From IMG/VR virus record IMGVR_UViG_3300007539_000025, positions 1 through 53,816 of that record: a stretch of DNA of 53,816 nt. One strand, written 5' to 3'. Shown one piece after another: positions 18,130-28,641 of this stretch. The DNA is from a virus. Lineage: Duplodnaviria; Caudoviricetes. Both the position numbers and the translations under genes were made by a program. Numbering within the stretch: position 1 is the first letter of the stretch; each line of letters begins with the position of its first letter. The notes under the pieces were generated by a model, which was not told where the DNA came from, did no database searches, and saw nothing but the letters and a program-made list of their open reading frames with translations.

Positions 18130-18427
18130 TATAAGTAATATACAGTTACAAGGTGCTCCTTTGTTAGAAGGACAGACAAACGTAGTAACAACTGTTGGTT
18201 TTGACATACAGGGTGTGGCTGACGATGGTACAGAAGCAACCCAATACGATATGATTTCTTTAACTTACGACGCTGATAATTTTACCGCGTTTGACGATTT
18301 AACAGAAAACATTGTTAAGGGTTGGATTACTGGTTCAGATGCTTACGCTACAATTTGCGCAGCTGTGGACGGTAACATTAACAATGTAAGAGTACCAACT
18401 AGTGTAAACATGGAAAACCCTTGGTAA
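18113..18427 (+). CDS. tail fibre-associated protein (assembly chaperone-like)
   Basis: FTAFDDLTENIVKGW...PW pattern typical of small genes following fibres. Confidence 0.65.
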   Translation: MATTYNISNIQLQGAPLLEGQTNVVTTVGFDIQGVADDGTEATQYDMISLTYDADNFTAFDDLTENIVKGWITGSDAYATICAAVDGNINNVRVPTSVNMENPW

Positions 18428-18428
18428 A

Positions 18429-19040
18429 ATGGCAGTGCCATCCTCTGGAGCAATATCGCTACTAAAAATAGCCTACGAGTTAGAGTCTAATAATTATAAT
18501 AACACTTTACCCAACCCAAATGCTAGCGGTACAAATTATAATAATTTTTACTCGCATCCAATCTCACTAAAAAACATGAGTACTGGCGGTACTGGGTTTG
18601 CAGCTATTAATACAGCTAACTCGTCTAGCAACAGACCTAATGGTTCAACACCACACTCTATGTCGGAGTTCTATAGTTACGATCATGATAAAACAAGTAC
18701 TTTAGCAAGTGGTACTATAACTGTAGGTGTAGATAATATATATAGTTCTTATTTCTATGGTTACTCTAGCTTGTCTTTTCCTAATATGGGTAGTGCAACC
18801 ATGGGTTTAGTCATTGGAAACAATTGGGGTTCAGTTACAGCTTTGTACTGGCAGAACAGTAATTACTTAAGAATTCAATTTTACGGCACACCTCCAACTT
18901 GGAATCAGTTATCTATAAACGGTCAAAATCAAGGAAGTTCATCAAACTTTACTACTTCAGGTAGCCAAAAGTATAAATACACATCATCTAACCCATTTGG
19001 TACAAGTTCTGGCGCTAGTAGGTCTGTAGTGTTCTCGTAA
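18429..19040 (+). CDS. putative fibre-tip adhesin (T-even gp38 N-terminus-like)
   Basis: MAVPSSGAISL...PHSMSEFY N-terminal module; S/G/N/Y-rich C-terminus. Confidence 0.6.
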   Translation: MAVPSSGAISLLKIAYELESNNYNNTLPNPNASGTNYNNFYSHPISLKNMSTGGTGFAAINTANSSSNRPNGSTPHSMSEFYSYDHDKTSTLASGTITVGVDNIYSSYFYGYSSLSFPNMGSATMGLVIGNNWGSVTALYWQNSNYLRIQFYGTPPTWNQLSINGQNQGSSSNFTTSGSQKYKYTSSNPFGTSSGASRSVVFS

Positions 19041-19108
19041 TAGTTAAAAAAAGTGTAAATAGCGTAATAATATAAAAGTAAAATAAAGTTTAATTTAAAT
19101 TTAATAAA

Positions 19109-19369
19109 ATGGCAAAAACTAAAGATTTAAAAATCAAAGACGAACAATTGGCTAAACTACAAGGTTTGGTTAATCAAATTAACTCAGCTGAAACTCAATT
19201 AGGTAGAGTTGAAGCTCAAAAGTACGAAATCATCGGTATGCTACCTGGTTTTAAAAAAGAACTAAGCGATTTTCAAGTAGAGCTTGAAGAAGAGTATGGT
19301 AGAGTAAGTATTAGTGTCGTTGATGGTACTATTAAAGAGATTGAAAATGAAACTGATCAGAAAGATTAG
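19109..19369 (+). CDS. coiled-coil hypothetical protein (86 aa)
   Basis: Heptad pattern ending LEEEYG...DG. Confidence 0.8.
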   Translation: MAKTKDLKIKDEQLAKLQGLVNQINSAETQLGRVEAQKYEIIGMLPGFKKELSDFQVELEEEYGRVSISVVDGTIKEIENETDQKD

Positions 19370-19565
19370 TGTTGGTAAAGACTATAAAAATGACTCCATG
19401 CACTATTCTGTAGGTCAGGAAGTGTATGGTGGTCATATTATAGATAGCATAATAGAAGAGAACGATAAGTTTAGTGTTTATATATCTAAAAACAACGAGA
19501 TATTGCCTTGGAAAGATTTTAATAAGAACATGGCTGTATCTGTAGAATATAACTTAGAGTATTAA
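19347..19565 (+). CDS. conserved hypothetical protein (start MKLIRKISVG)
   Basis: ATG at 19347; IRKISVGxDYKNDxMHYSVGQ. Confidence 0.8.
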   Translation: MKLIRKISVGKDYKNDSMHYSVGQEVYGGHIIDSIIEENDKFSVYISKNNEILPWKDFNKNMAVSVEYNLEY

Positions 19566-20161
19566 TGCAAAGTATATTTGATTATATTGTTGAACCTTAT
19601 AACAATGAAAGGTACAATAATAAAAAAGACATTGATGGTGTCGAACTTATAACCAACACTCAAATATTTACACACCAAAACGTAAACAGAATAGCTGTAG
19701 TAAAAGCAACTCCAAAGCAAAGTGACAATAGCTTGATATGTGTTGGTGATGAAGTTGTTGTACATCATAACGTTTTTAGACGTTATCATGACATTAGAGG
19801 AGACGAAAAAAACGGAAGGGCATATATTAATGATAACAATTATTTATGCTCTCCTGATCAAATTTTCGCTTATAAGAAAATAGTAAAATGGATACCTACA
19901 AAAGGTTACTGTTTTGTAAAACCAATAGAATCTAATAATATATTTAGTCTAAATAAAGAAAAACCATTAAAAGGTATTTTAAAGCATAAAGATCCTGAGT
20001 TAGCAAATGTTAATGAAGGTGATCTTGTAGGTTTTACACCTACTAGCGAATACGAATTTGTTATAAATGGAGAAAGACTTTATAGAGTTAGATCTAAAAA
20101 TTTAACTATAAAGTATGAATATCAAGGAGACGAAAAGGAGTATAATCCAAGCTGGACATGA
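19565..20161 (+). CDS. tandem two-domain GroES-like protein
   Basis: Two GroES-like units: YIVEP..AVVKATP..VGDEVVV and CFVKP..GIL..EGDLVGF..INGERLYRV. Confidence 0.65.
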   Translation: MQSIFDYIVEPYNNERYNNKKDIDGVELITNTQIFTHQNVNRIAVVKATPKQSDNSLICVGDEVVVHHNVFRRYHDIRGDEKNGRAYINDNNYLCSPDQIFAYKKIVKWIPTKGYCFVKPIESNNIFSLNKEKPLKGILKHKDPELANVNEGDLVGFTPTSEYEFVINGERLYRVRSKNLTIKYEYQGDEKEYNPSWT

Positions 20162-20390
20162 AGCAGTTAAAGAACTTATTAAAGTTGCAAAAGAGCCTAT
20201 CGTCGAAACAGAAGATGACGTGTCTGCAGATAGACTCAAGAATGCTGCCGCTACTAAAAAACTGGCCATATTCGATGCCTTCGAGATTTTAAATAGAATA
20301 AAAGACGAAGAAGATATGCTTGATGGTATAGTTAAAGAAGAAAAAAAGCAAGAGTCTTTTTCTGGTTTTGCTGAAAGAAAATCTAAATAA
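20115..20390 (+). CDS. putative terminase small subunit
   Basis: Small helical protein abutting the large subunit; the call is positional. Confidence 0.55.
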   Translation: MNIKETKRSIIQAGHEAVKELIKVAKEPIVETEDDVSADRLKNAAATKKLAIFDAFEILNRIKDEEDMLDGIVKEEKKQESFSGFAERKSK

Positions 20391-22609
20391 TGCATCAGCA
20401 AGAGCTATATAAGGTTGTAGAACCTATAAAAATAAACACCATAAAAAGACTTAATAAGTCTAAAAAGTGGGAGTACGGTTACAATAAAGAAAATGATATT
20501 GTTGTAATTAGTAAAACAGGTATGATAGGTGATATTCTTGAAATACAAAATTTAAAGATTGCATTACCTAAAGTACCTAAAGATGTTTGTAAGTTTGAGG
20601 GTGACAAATGGCAAGTAACTGAATATCCAAAAGAATTAAGTAGAATAAAAACTATATTTGATTGGAAAGAATATCCAAGTGATTTTAAAAGTAAATACAT
20701 AGATTACATTGAAAATGAATTTAAAAAACGTGAGGAAGGTTTTTGGTTTTATAACAAAGGTGTTCCTACTTACATCACTGGTACTCATTACATGTACTTG
20801 CAGTGGAGTAAGATTGACGTTGGCAAACCAGACTTTAGAGAAGCAAATAGATTATTCTATATATTCTGGGAAGCTTGCAAGGCAGACAGAAGGAGTTATG
20901 GTATGTGCTATCTTAAAAATCGTAGATCAGGATTTTCGTTTATGGCATCAGGAGAAGTTGTTAATCAAGCAACTATTAGTTCCGATTCACGATTCGGCAT
21001 ACTGTCCAAATCTGGGCCGGATGCCAAGAAAATGTTCACAGATAAAGTCGTACCAATATCGGTCAATTATCCGTTCTTTTTCAAACCGATACAAGACGGA
21101 ATGGATCGTCCCAAAACAGAGTTGGCATATAGAGTACCAGCGTCCAAACTCACAAGAAGGAACATCACATCTACGACCGATCGGCCCGAGGAACTTACGG
21201 GACTCGATACCACGATAGACTGGAAAAACACAGGTGATAATAGTTATGACGGTGAAAAATTAAAATTACTAGTACATGACGAAAGTGGTAAATGGGAAAG
21301 ACCCAATAACATCTTAAACAACTGGCGTGTTACTAAAACAACACTTAGATTAGGTAGTAGAGTTATAGGTAAGTGTATGATGGGATCAACATCAAATGCG
21401 TTAGATAAAGGAGGTGATAATTTTAAGAAACTTTATAAAGATTCAGATGTCACAAAACGAAACCGCAATGGACAGACTAGCTCAGGACTATATAGCTTGT
21501 TCATACCTATGGAATGGAACTACGAAGGATTCATTGATTCTTTTGGATTACCTGTATTCGAAACGCCAGAAACAGAAGTTGAAGGTCCTTATGGGGAGAT
21601 CATAGATACTGGTATATTAGAGCATTGGCAAAACGAAGTTGATGGTTTAAAAAATGACGGAGACGCTTTAAATGAATTTTACAGACAGTTTCCTAGAACT
21701 GAAGAACATGCTTTCAGAGACGAAACAAAAAATAGTATATTTAATTTATCAAAAATATACGAGCAAATAGATTATAACGAAGAGTTGAATAATGAAAACT
21801 CAGTAACAAGAGGTAGTTTTCAATGGTTAAACGGTGTTAAAGATAAAACAGTTATATTTTACCCTAACCAAAACGGTAGATTTAATGTTAGTTGGTTTCC
21901 ACCTAGTAGATTACAAAATAACGTTATAATTAAAAACGGTAAAAAATATCCAGGCAATGAACATTTAGGTGCTTTTGGTTGTGACAGTTACGATATATCA
22001 GGTACTGTTGACGGTAAAGGTTCTAAAGGTGCTTTGCATGGTTTAACAAAATTTAGTATGGAGGACGTACCTCCTAATCATTTCTTTTTAGAGTACATAG
22101 CTAGACCTGATACAGCTGATATGTTTTTTGAAGACGTATTAATGGCTTTACACTTTTATGGTATGCCATTGTTAGCGGAAAACAACAAACCTAGGTTGTT
22201 GTATTATTTAAGAAGACGTGGTTACAGAGGTTACTCTATGAACAGACCTGATAAGGTTTGGAACAAATTATCTACAGCAGAAAAAGAGGTTGGTGGTATA
22301 CCAAACTCTAGCGAAGATGTTAAACAAGCGCATGCTGCTGCGATTGAAATGTATATACAAGATCATGTTGGTTTAAAACACGATGGTGATGCTGGTAACA
22401 TATATTTCAATGAAACTTTGCAAGATTGGGCTAAGTTTGACATAAACAATAGAACCAAATACGATGCATCGATAAGCTCTGGTTTAGCTATAATGGCTTG
22501 TAATAGACATTTATATAGACCTAATGCTGAAGTGCAAAAACAAAAATTGAATTTAAACTTTGCTAGATACAAAAATTCTGGTGTAAGATCAAAACTAATA
22601 AATAATTAA
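20390..22609 (+). CDS. terL: terminase large subunit
   Basis: Walker A-like KNRRSGFS, Walker B LLVHDESGK, nuclease GCDSYD; followed by the portal. Confidence 0.92.
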   Translation: MHQQELYKVVEPIKINTIKRLNKSKKWEYGYNKENDIVVISKTGMIGDILEIQNLKIALPKVPKDVCKFEGDKWQVTEYPKELSRIKTIFDWKEYPSDFKSKYIDYIENEFKKREEGFWFYNKGVPTYITGTHYMYLQWSKIDVGKPDFREANRLFYIFWEACKADRRSYGMCYLKNRRSGFSFMASGEVVNQATISSDSRFGILSKSGPDAKKMFTDKVVPISVNYPFFFKPIQDGMDRPKTELAYRVPASKLTRRNITSTTDRPEELTGLDTTIDWKNTGDNSYDGEKLKLLVHDESGKWERPNNILNNWRVTKTTLRLGSRVIGKCMMGSTSNALDKGGDNFKKLYKDSDVTKRNRNGQTSSGLYSLFIPMEWNYEGFIDSFGLPVFETPETEVEGPYGEIIDTGILEHWQNEVDGLKNDGDALNEFYRQFPRTEEHAFRDETKNSIFNLSKIYEQIDYNEELNNENSVTRGSFQWLNGVKDKTVIFYPNQNGRFNVSWFPPSRLQNNVIIKNGKKYPGNEHLGAFGCDSYDISGTVDGKGSKGALHGLTKFSMEDVPPNHFFLEYIARPDTADMFFEDVLMALHFYGMPLLAENNKPRLLYYLRRRGYRGYSMNRPDKVWNKLSTAEKEVGGIPNSSEDVKQAHAAAIEMYIQDHVGLKHDGDAGNIYFNETLQDWAKFDINNRTKYDASISSGLAIMACNRHLYRPNAEVQKQKLNLNFARYKNSGVRSKLINN

Positions 22610-22610
22610 T

Positions 22611-25040
22611 ATGGCTGAGGCAGTTACTAAAGGATACTTTCCAAGTCAAATCGTTAGTGATTTAGAAAAAATGAGTGATGACTACGGGCTCAAGGTGGCT
22701 AAAGCCATTGAGAGCGAGTGGTTTAAAAGAGACTCAGGTACTAACAGGTTTTTTGGTAATCAAACAGAGTTTCATAAATTAAGACTATATGCTAGAGGTG
22801 AACAATCTATACAAAAATATAAAGACGAATTATCAATTAACGGTGATTTATCATATCTTAATCTTGATTGGAAACCAGTACCTATTATACCTAAATTTGT
22901 AGATATAGTTGTAAATGGTATATCTGAAAGAGCGTTTGATATAAAAACATATACACAAGACCCTTACGGTATGAGTAAGAGGACTAAATATATGGAGTCT
23001 GTATTAAGAGATATGAGAACTAAAGAAATATCTCAATTTGCTAAAGATAACTTCGGTGTAGAGATAACTGAAAACGATCCTGAAAAACTACCAGACTCAC
23101 AAGAGGAACTAGAACTACACATGCAGCTTAGTTATAAGCAAGCTGTTGAATTAGCAGAAGAACAAGCTATAAACGTTGTTTTAAATGGTAATAAATATGA
23201 TTTAACTAGACGTAGAGTTAATTATGATTTAACTGTTTTAGGTATAGGTTGTGTTAAAACAACTTTTTCAAAAGCAGAAGGTATTAAAGTAGATTATGTA
23301 GATCCTGCTAATTTAGTTTATTCTTATACTGAATCACCTTACTTTGATGATATATATTACGTAGGTGAAGTTAAAAGTGTACCAGTGAATGAGCTTAAAA
23401 AAGCATTTCCTAATCTCACACAAGATCAATTAGAAAAAATAACTGGCCAAGGTTTTCAAAACAGTGGATTTTACAATAGAAGTTTAACTGAGCAAAACCA
23501 ACTAGATAAAAACCAAGTACAGATTTTATATTTTAATTATAAAACTTATGCTAATGAAGTTTATAAAGTAAAAGAAACTGCAACTGGTGCTAGTAAGATT
23601 ATTGTAAAAGAAGGTGACTGGAACCCAGTTATTGATGATGCATTAGAACAAAGATTTGGTAAACTAGAAAAATCAATAGAAGTATTATATGAAGGAGCTT
23701 TAGTGTTGGGTACTGAAATAATGCTACAATGGGGATTAGCTAAAAATATGTTAAGACCAAAAAGCGATTACACTAAAGTTCAAATGAATTATAGTATAGT
23801 TGCTCCTAGAATGTACAAAGGCCGTATTGAGAGTTTAGTAGGTAGAATAACTGGATTTGCTGATATGATACAGTTAACTCACTTAAAACTACAACAAGTA
23901 ATGTCTAGATTAGTACCAGATGGTGTTTATTTAGATGCTGACGGTTTAGCTGAAATTGATTTAGGTAACGGTACAAACTACAACCCACAAGAAGCATTAA
24001 ACATGTTCTTCCAAACTGGTAGTATTATTGGTAGATCATTTACATCTGACGGTGATATGAACCCAGGTAAAATACCTATTCAAGAAATACAGAACAGTGC
24101 TGGTAGTGCTAAAATGCAAAGTTTGATAGGTACATATAACTATTATCTACAAATGATAAGAGACGTGACCGGGTTAAATGAAGCTAGAGACGCTAGTACG
24201 CCTTCAAAAGACTCACTAGTTGGTGTACAAAAAATAGCTGCAGCAAACAGTAACACAGCAACAAGACACATACTACAAAGTGGTTTATTCTTGACAGCTG
24301 AGACTGCTGAAAAAGTTTCATTAAGAATATCAGATATATTAGAATATTCACCAACTAAAAATGCGTTTATTCAAAGCATCGGCACGCATAATGTAGCAAC
24401 GCTTGATGAACTAACTGAGTTACATTTATATGACTTTGGTATATTTATAGAGTTAGCGCCAGATGATGAGCAAAAACAAATGCTAGAAAACAATATACAA
24501 ATGGCATTAACTCAACAAACTATAGACCTTGAAGATGCTATAGATTTAAGAGAAATTAAAAATGTAAAGTTAGCTAATCAGCTTTTAAAGATAAGACGTA
24601 AAAAGAAAATGGAAGCTGATCAAGCTGCTCAACAACAAAATATACAAGCTCAAGCTCAAGCTAATGCTGAAGCTCAACAAGTTGCAGCTCAAGCAGAAGT
24701 ACAAAAACAACAAGCATTAACTCAACAAAAATTACAGCTAGAACAAGCTAAAAGTAAGTTTGAGTTAGAGAGATTAATGCAGGAAGTTAATTTGAAAAAA
24801 GAGCTAATGAATCACGAGTTCATGATTAACATGCGTTTAAAAGGTATGGAGCTTGAAACCGTTAACGCTAAAGAAAAATATAAGGAAGACAGAAAAGATG
24901 AGCGTACTAAAATACAAGCTAGTCAACAGTCTGAATTAATCGATCAAAGAAAAACTAATAAACCACCTAAAAACTTTGAATCGTCAAGTAATGATATACT
25001 AGGTGGAGGTGTGGGGTTAAATCAATTTGATCCTAGATAA
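22611..25040 (+). CDS. portal protein
   Basis: 809 aa; PVPIIPKFVDIVVNG; Q-rich C-terminal coiled coil (P22-like barrel); position after TerL. Confidence 0.88.
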   Translation: MAEAVTKGYFPSQIVSDLEKMSDDYGLKVAKAIESEWFKRDSGTNRFFGNQTEFHKLRLYARGEQSIQKYKDELSINGDLSYLNLDWKPVPIIPKFVDIVVNGISERAFDIKTYTQDPYGMSKRTKYMESVLRDMRTKEISQFAKDNFGVEITENDPEKLPDSQEELELHMQLSYKQAVELAEEQAINVVLNGNKYDLTRRRVNYDLTVLGIGCVKTTFSKAEGIKVDYVDPANLVYSYTESPYFDDIYYVGEVKSVPVNELKKAFPNLTQDQLEKITGQGFQNSGFYNRSLTEQNQLDKNQVQILYFNYKTYANEVYKVKETATGASKIIVKEGDWNPVIDDALEQRFGKLEKSIEVLYEGALVLGTEIMLQWGLAKNMLRPKSDYTKVQMNYSIVAPRMYKGRIESLVGRITGFADMIQLTHLKLQQVMSRLVPDGVYLDADGLAEIDLGNGTNYNPQEALNMFFQTGSIIGRSFTSDGDMNPGKIPIQEIQNSAGSAKMQSLIGTYNYYLQMIRDVTGLNEARDASTPSKDSLVGVQKIAAANSNTATRHILQSGLFLTAETAEKVSLRISDILEYSPTKNAFIQSIGTHNVATLDELTELHLYDFGIFIELAPDDEQKQMLENNIQMALTQQTIDLEDAIDLREIKNVKLANQLLKIRRKKKMEADQAAQQQNIQAQAQANAEAQQVAAQAEVQKQQALTQQKLQLEQAKSKFELERLMQEVNLKKELMNHEFMINMRLKGMELETVNAKEKYKEDRKDERTKIQASQQSELIDQRKTNKPPKNFESSSNDILGGGVGLNQFDPR

Positions 25041-25069
25041 ACATTTGTTTAATTTTATAATATTATATT

Positions 25070-26263
25070 ATGGCAGAAAATAAAGAACAAGAAAATGTTC
25101 AAGAAGAAGTTGTTGAAGAAAAAGTAGAACAACAAGAAGAACAAAAGCCTGAAACTGGTTTTCAAGAAGACGGTACTTATAAAGTAGATTTAAATAAGAT
25201 ACCTAGTGAAGAACAACAAGAAGAAGTTGTTGAAGAAGAAGAACCAGTAGCTGAGCAAGAACAAGATCAACAAGTTGAAGAAGTTACTGAAGAAGTAACT
25301 GAAGAACAAGTTGAAGAAGAGGTTCCAGTTTTAGAAGAGGTTACCGAAGAACAAGTTCAAGAACAAGTTGAAGAGGTGCAGGAAGAAGTAGAAGAAGCAA
25401 TAGCTGAAGCTCAAGAAACTGGTGAACCGTTACCGGAAAACATACAAAAAGTTGTAGACTTTATAAATGAAACCGGTGGAAGTTTAGAAGATTATGTAAG
25501 ATTAAATCAAGATTATAGCAATCTTGATGATAAAGATTTACTATATGAATACTACAAATCATCTAAACCACATCTAAACGTTGATGAGATTAATTTCTTA
25601 ATTGAAGATGAGTTTTCTGTAAATGAAGATGAAGATTCAGACAGAGAGATTAAAAGAAAAAAATTGGCATTAAAAGAGCAAGTTGCGAATGCTAAAAACC
25701 ACCTAGACGGGTTAAAGTCTAAATACTATGACGAGATCAAAGCTGGTAGTAAGTTACTCCCTGAGCAACAGAAAGCAGTTGAGTTCTTTAATAGGTACAA
25801 CAAAGAGTTAGAAGAAACTAACAAAATGCAGGAACGTCAATCATCTATTTTTAAGCAGAAAACTAATAATGTTTTCAACGATAACTTCAAAGGTTTTGAA
25901 TATTCTGTCGGCGATAAAAAATATAGATTTAACGTTAAGGATGCTGAAAAAGTCAGAGATACCCAAGGCGACATTAATAATTTCGTTAAGAAGTTCTTAA
26001 ACGAAAACAACGAAATGTCAGATGCTACTGGTTATCACAAGTCGCTTTTTACAGCTATGAATCCTGATTTGGTTGCTAATCATTTTTACGAGCAAGGTAA
26101 AGCTGATGCTATAAAAGAAAGTGTAGCAAAAGCTAAAAATGTTGATATGGATCCAAGAGGTACACACAGTAAACCTGTGAACAACTCTGGGTTTAGCGTA
26201 AGACCGGTTGGCGATAGTTCTGATGACTATAAGTTTAAAATTAGAACAAACAAAATAAGTTAA
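25070..26263 (+). CDS. putative scaffolding protein
   Basis: E/V/Q-rich N-terminus, helical; lies between portal and capsid genes. Confidence 0.7.
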   Translation: MAENKEQENVQEEVVEEKVEQQEEQKPETGFQEDGTYKVDLNKIPSEEQQEEVVEEEEPVAEQEQDQQVEEVTEEVTEEQVEEEVPVLEEVTEEQVQEQVEEVQEEVEEAIAEAQETGEPLPENIQKVVDFINETGGSLEDYVRLNQDYSNLDDKDLLYEYYKSSKPHLNVDEINFLIEDEFSVNEDEDSDREIKRKKLALKEQVANAKNHLDGLKSKYYDEIKAGSKLLPEQQKAVEFFNRYNKELEETNKMQERQSSIFKQKTNNVFNDNFKGFEYSVGDKKYRFNVKDAEKVRDTQGDINNFVKKFLNENNEMSDATGYHKSLFTAMNPDLVANHFYEQGKADAIKESVAKAKNVDMDPRGTHSKPVNNSGFSVRPVGDSSDDYKFKIRTNKIS

Positions 26264-26281
26264 ATTTAAAAATTTCAAAAA

Positions 26282-27775
26282 ATGGCAAGTGGAAGTTTTA
26301 CTGGGAGTGCTAGTGCTTTAGCGCACTTAACTCCAAGACCTGTAAAAGATTTATATGGGTCAAATTACCTTTCTATCGCGGGTAATGATTATAATTTTGC
26401 GAAGCAGTTTTTACCAGAAGTTTATGAGAAAGAAGTAGAGAGATACGGAAATAGAACTATCTCAGGTTTCTTAAAAATGGTAGGAGCTGAAATGCCTATG
26501 GCTTCAGACACAGTAGTATGGTCTGAGCAAGGTAGAATTCACGTTGCATTTGATGACTGTTCAGTAGGATCAGACTCAACTGACAACGTATTAATTTTTG
26601 CTGACGCTACAAAAGCTGGCTTAGTTAGCCCACACGATACTATCGTTATTTATGATGGTTCTGGTGCTGCTGTAAAAGCTGTAGTAGTTTCTGCAAGTGG
26701 TTCTGTATCAAACGGTGTAAATGTTATTCCTTACGCTGCTGCTAACTTACAAGTAGCTGGTATCGCTAACAGTACAACTGGTTTGAAAGTGTTTGTATAC
26801 GGTACTGAGTATAAAAAAGGATCTTCAAACGCTGGATCTTCTAAAGATGCTGACTTTACTACTTTTAGTAACAAGCCTATCATCTTAAGAGATAAGTACA
26901 GCATCAACGGATCTGATACTGCTAGCATCGGCTGGGTAGAAGTAACTACTGAAGCTGGAACTGGTGGATACTTGTGGTACTTAAAATCTGAGCACGAAGC
27001 AAGAATTAGATTTGAAGATCAACTAGAAATGGCAATGATTGAAGCTGAAAAAGTTTCAGGAACTCAAATGGACTCTTTCCTAGGTACTGCTAACGGTGGT
27101 GGCGCAGGTACAGGTCTACATGGTACTGAAGGTTTATTTGCTGCTATCAGCGACAGAGGACTAGTTTTCAACAACCCTGACTTTGGCGAAACTGGAGCAA
27201 ACAACACAGGTGAAGGTTTAGTAGAGTTTGATATTATCTTACAAGAACTTGATAAGCAAGGTTCTATCGAAGAAAACATGTTATTCTTAAACAGAGGAAC
27301 ATCTTTAGCTATCGATAACATGCTTGCTAAGCAAAATTCTTACGGAACTGGCGGTACATCTTATGGTGTATTTGACAACTCTGAAGATATGGCACTTAAT
27401 TTAGGTTTCTCAGGATTTAGAAGAGGTTCTTATGACTTCTATAAGTCTGACTGGAAATATCTAAACGATGGCACCACTAGAGGTTTAGTTGGAGACGTAC
27501 AAGGTGTGTTAGTTCCTGCTGGAACAAGTACAGTTTACGACCAGATTCTTGGTAAAAATATCAAGAGACCATTCTTACATGTTAGATATAGAGCTTCAGA
27601 AGCTGATGACAGAAGAATGAAATCTTGGATCACAGGATCAGTTGGTGGAAACTATACAAGTGACGAGGATGCTATGAACGTACACTTCTTATCAGAAAGA
27701 TGTTTATGTGTTCAAGCTGCTAACAACTTTATTCTATTCAAAGATGCTGACGGTGCAACTGGAGACAGTGACTAA
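26282..27775 (+). CDS. major capsid protein
   Basis: 497 aa; WSEQGR, GTEGLFAAI; strongly biased codons; followed by a strong hairpin. Confidence 0.88.
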   Translation: MASGSFTGSASALAHLTPRPVKDLYGSNYLSIAGNDYNFAKQFLPEVYEKEVERYGNRTISGFLKMVGAEMPMASDTVVWSEQGRIHVAFDDCSVGSDSTDNVLIFADATKAGLVSPHDTIVIYDGSGAAVKAVVVSASGSVSNGVNVIPYAAANLQVAGIANSTTGLKVFVYGTEYKKGSSNAGSSKDADFTTFSNKPIILRDKYSINGSDTASIGWVEVTTEAGTGGYLWYLKSEHEARIRFEDQLEMAMIEAEKVSGTQMDSFLGTANGGGAGTGLHGTEGLFAAISDRGLVFNNPDFGETGANNTGEGLVEFDIILQELDKQGSIEENMLFLNRGTSLAIDNMLAKQNSYGTGGTSYGVFDNSEDMALNLGFSGFRRGSYDFYKSDWKYLNDGTTRGLVGDVQGVLVPAGTSTVYDQILGKNIKRPFLHVRYRASEADDRRMKSWITGSVGGNYTSDEDAMNVHFLSERCLCVQAANNFILFKDADGATGDSD

Positions 27776-27786
27776 TCATCATTCAT

Positions 27787-27826
27787 AAGGTAACGGGCGC
27801 TTCGGCGCCCATATACCTTTATTTTT
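27787..27826 (+). terminator. intrinsic terminator after the capsid gene
   Basis: gggcgc-ttcg-gcgccc with an outer aaggta/tacctt stem and T-rich tail. Confidence 0.8.
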
Positions 27827-27848
27827 AATTATTAAATTATATTATATC

Positions 27849-28583
27849 ATGGAAAATTGGGAAATTAAAGACCGAGTTTATATATTAAAAGGTAATAAAT
27901 CACCTTTACTATTTACGTTACCTGCAAAACATAGTAGAGCAAAATCACTACTTTGGTTTGACGAAGAAAAAGGTATACAAAGAGAATTAAGATATGCTAC
28001 TAATCAAAACTCACCTTTTGTTGATGAACAGAAAGGTCCAGTTACATTAGGACATATATTTTTTAGAAATGGAAGTTTAATGGTTCCAAAGCAAAGAGTT
28101 GCTTTACAAAAACTTCTATCATTATATCACCCTTCAAAAGATAAACTTTATTTTGAAAAAGATGAAATTAAAGAAGCTAGTTTAGATTTAAATTATTTTG
28201 AAATGGAACTAGAGGCTTTAAACACTGCATCAGAGTTAAGTCTTGATGAAGCTGAAGCTGTATTAAGAGTTGAAATAGGAGGTGATGTTAAAAACATGAC
28301 ATCTAAAGAAATAAAAAGAGATGTTATATTATTTGCTAGAAGAAACCCTAGTTTGTTTTTAAAGTTAATGGAAGATGATGATACACATTTAAGAAGCTTA
28401 GGTATTAAAGCTGTTGAAGACGGTATCATATCTCTAAAAGACAATAAATTTGTTTGGGCTTCAAATGGCAAAAAACTAATGGCTGTTCCTTTTGACGAAC
28501 AACCTTACTCAGCATTAGCGTCTTGGTTTAAAACAGATGACGGTATGCAAGTTTTAGAAAGTATACAAAAGAAAATAAAATAG
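27849..28583 (+). CDS. conserved hypothetical protein (244 aa)
   Basis: ORF directly after the capsid gene. Confidence 0.8.
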   Translation: MENWEIKDRVYILKGNKSPLLFTLPAKHSRAKSLLWFDEEKGIQRELRYATNQNSPFVDEQKGPVTLGHIFFRNGSLMVPKQRVALQKLLSLYHPSKDKLYFEKDEIKEASLDLNYFEMELEALNTASELSLDEAEAVLRVEIGGDVKNMTSKEIKRDVILFARRNPSLFLKLMEDDDTHLRSLGIKAVEDGIISLKDNKFVWASNGKKLMAVPFDEQPYSALASWFKTDDGMQVLESIQKKIK

Positions 28584-28592
28584 TATGCATAA

Positions 28593-28627
28593 TAGTGGTT
28601 GAGCCGCTATATGCGGCTTAATTACTA
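28593..28627 (+). terminator. intergenic hairpin (terminator or processing site)
   Basis: tagtggttgagccgc-tatat-gcggcttaattacta, with G:U pairs and no clear U tract. Confidence 0.5.
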
Positions 28628-28641
28628 TAAAATAAAAAAAT

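Noticed and set aside
13426-19040. Diversity-generating retroelement acting on the fibres
   Set aside because: No reverse transcriptase in the window, and the repeats differ at synonymous sites rather than specifically at adenines.
25080-25420. gaagaa/caagaa-rich stretch as a non-coding repeat
   Set aside because: It encodes the E/Q/V-rich N-terminus of the scaffold-like protein.
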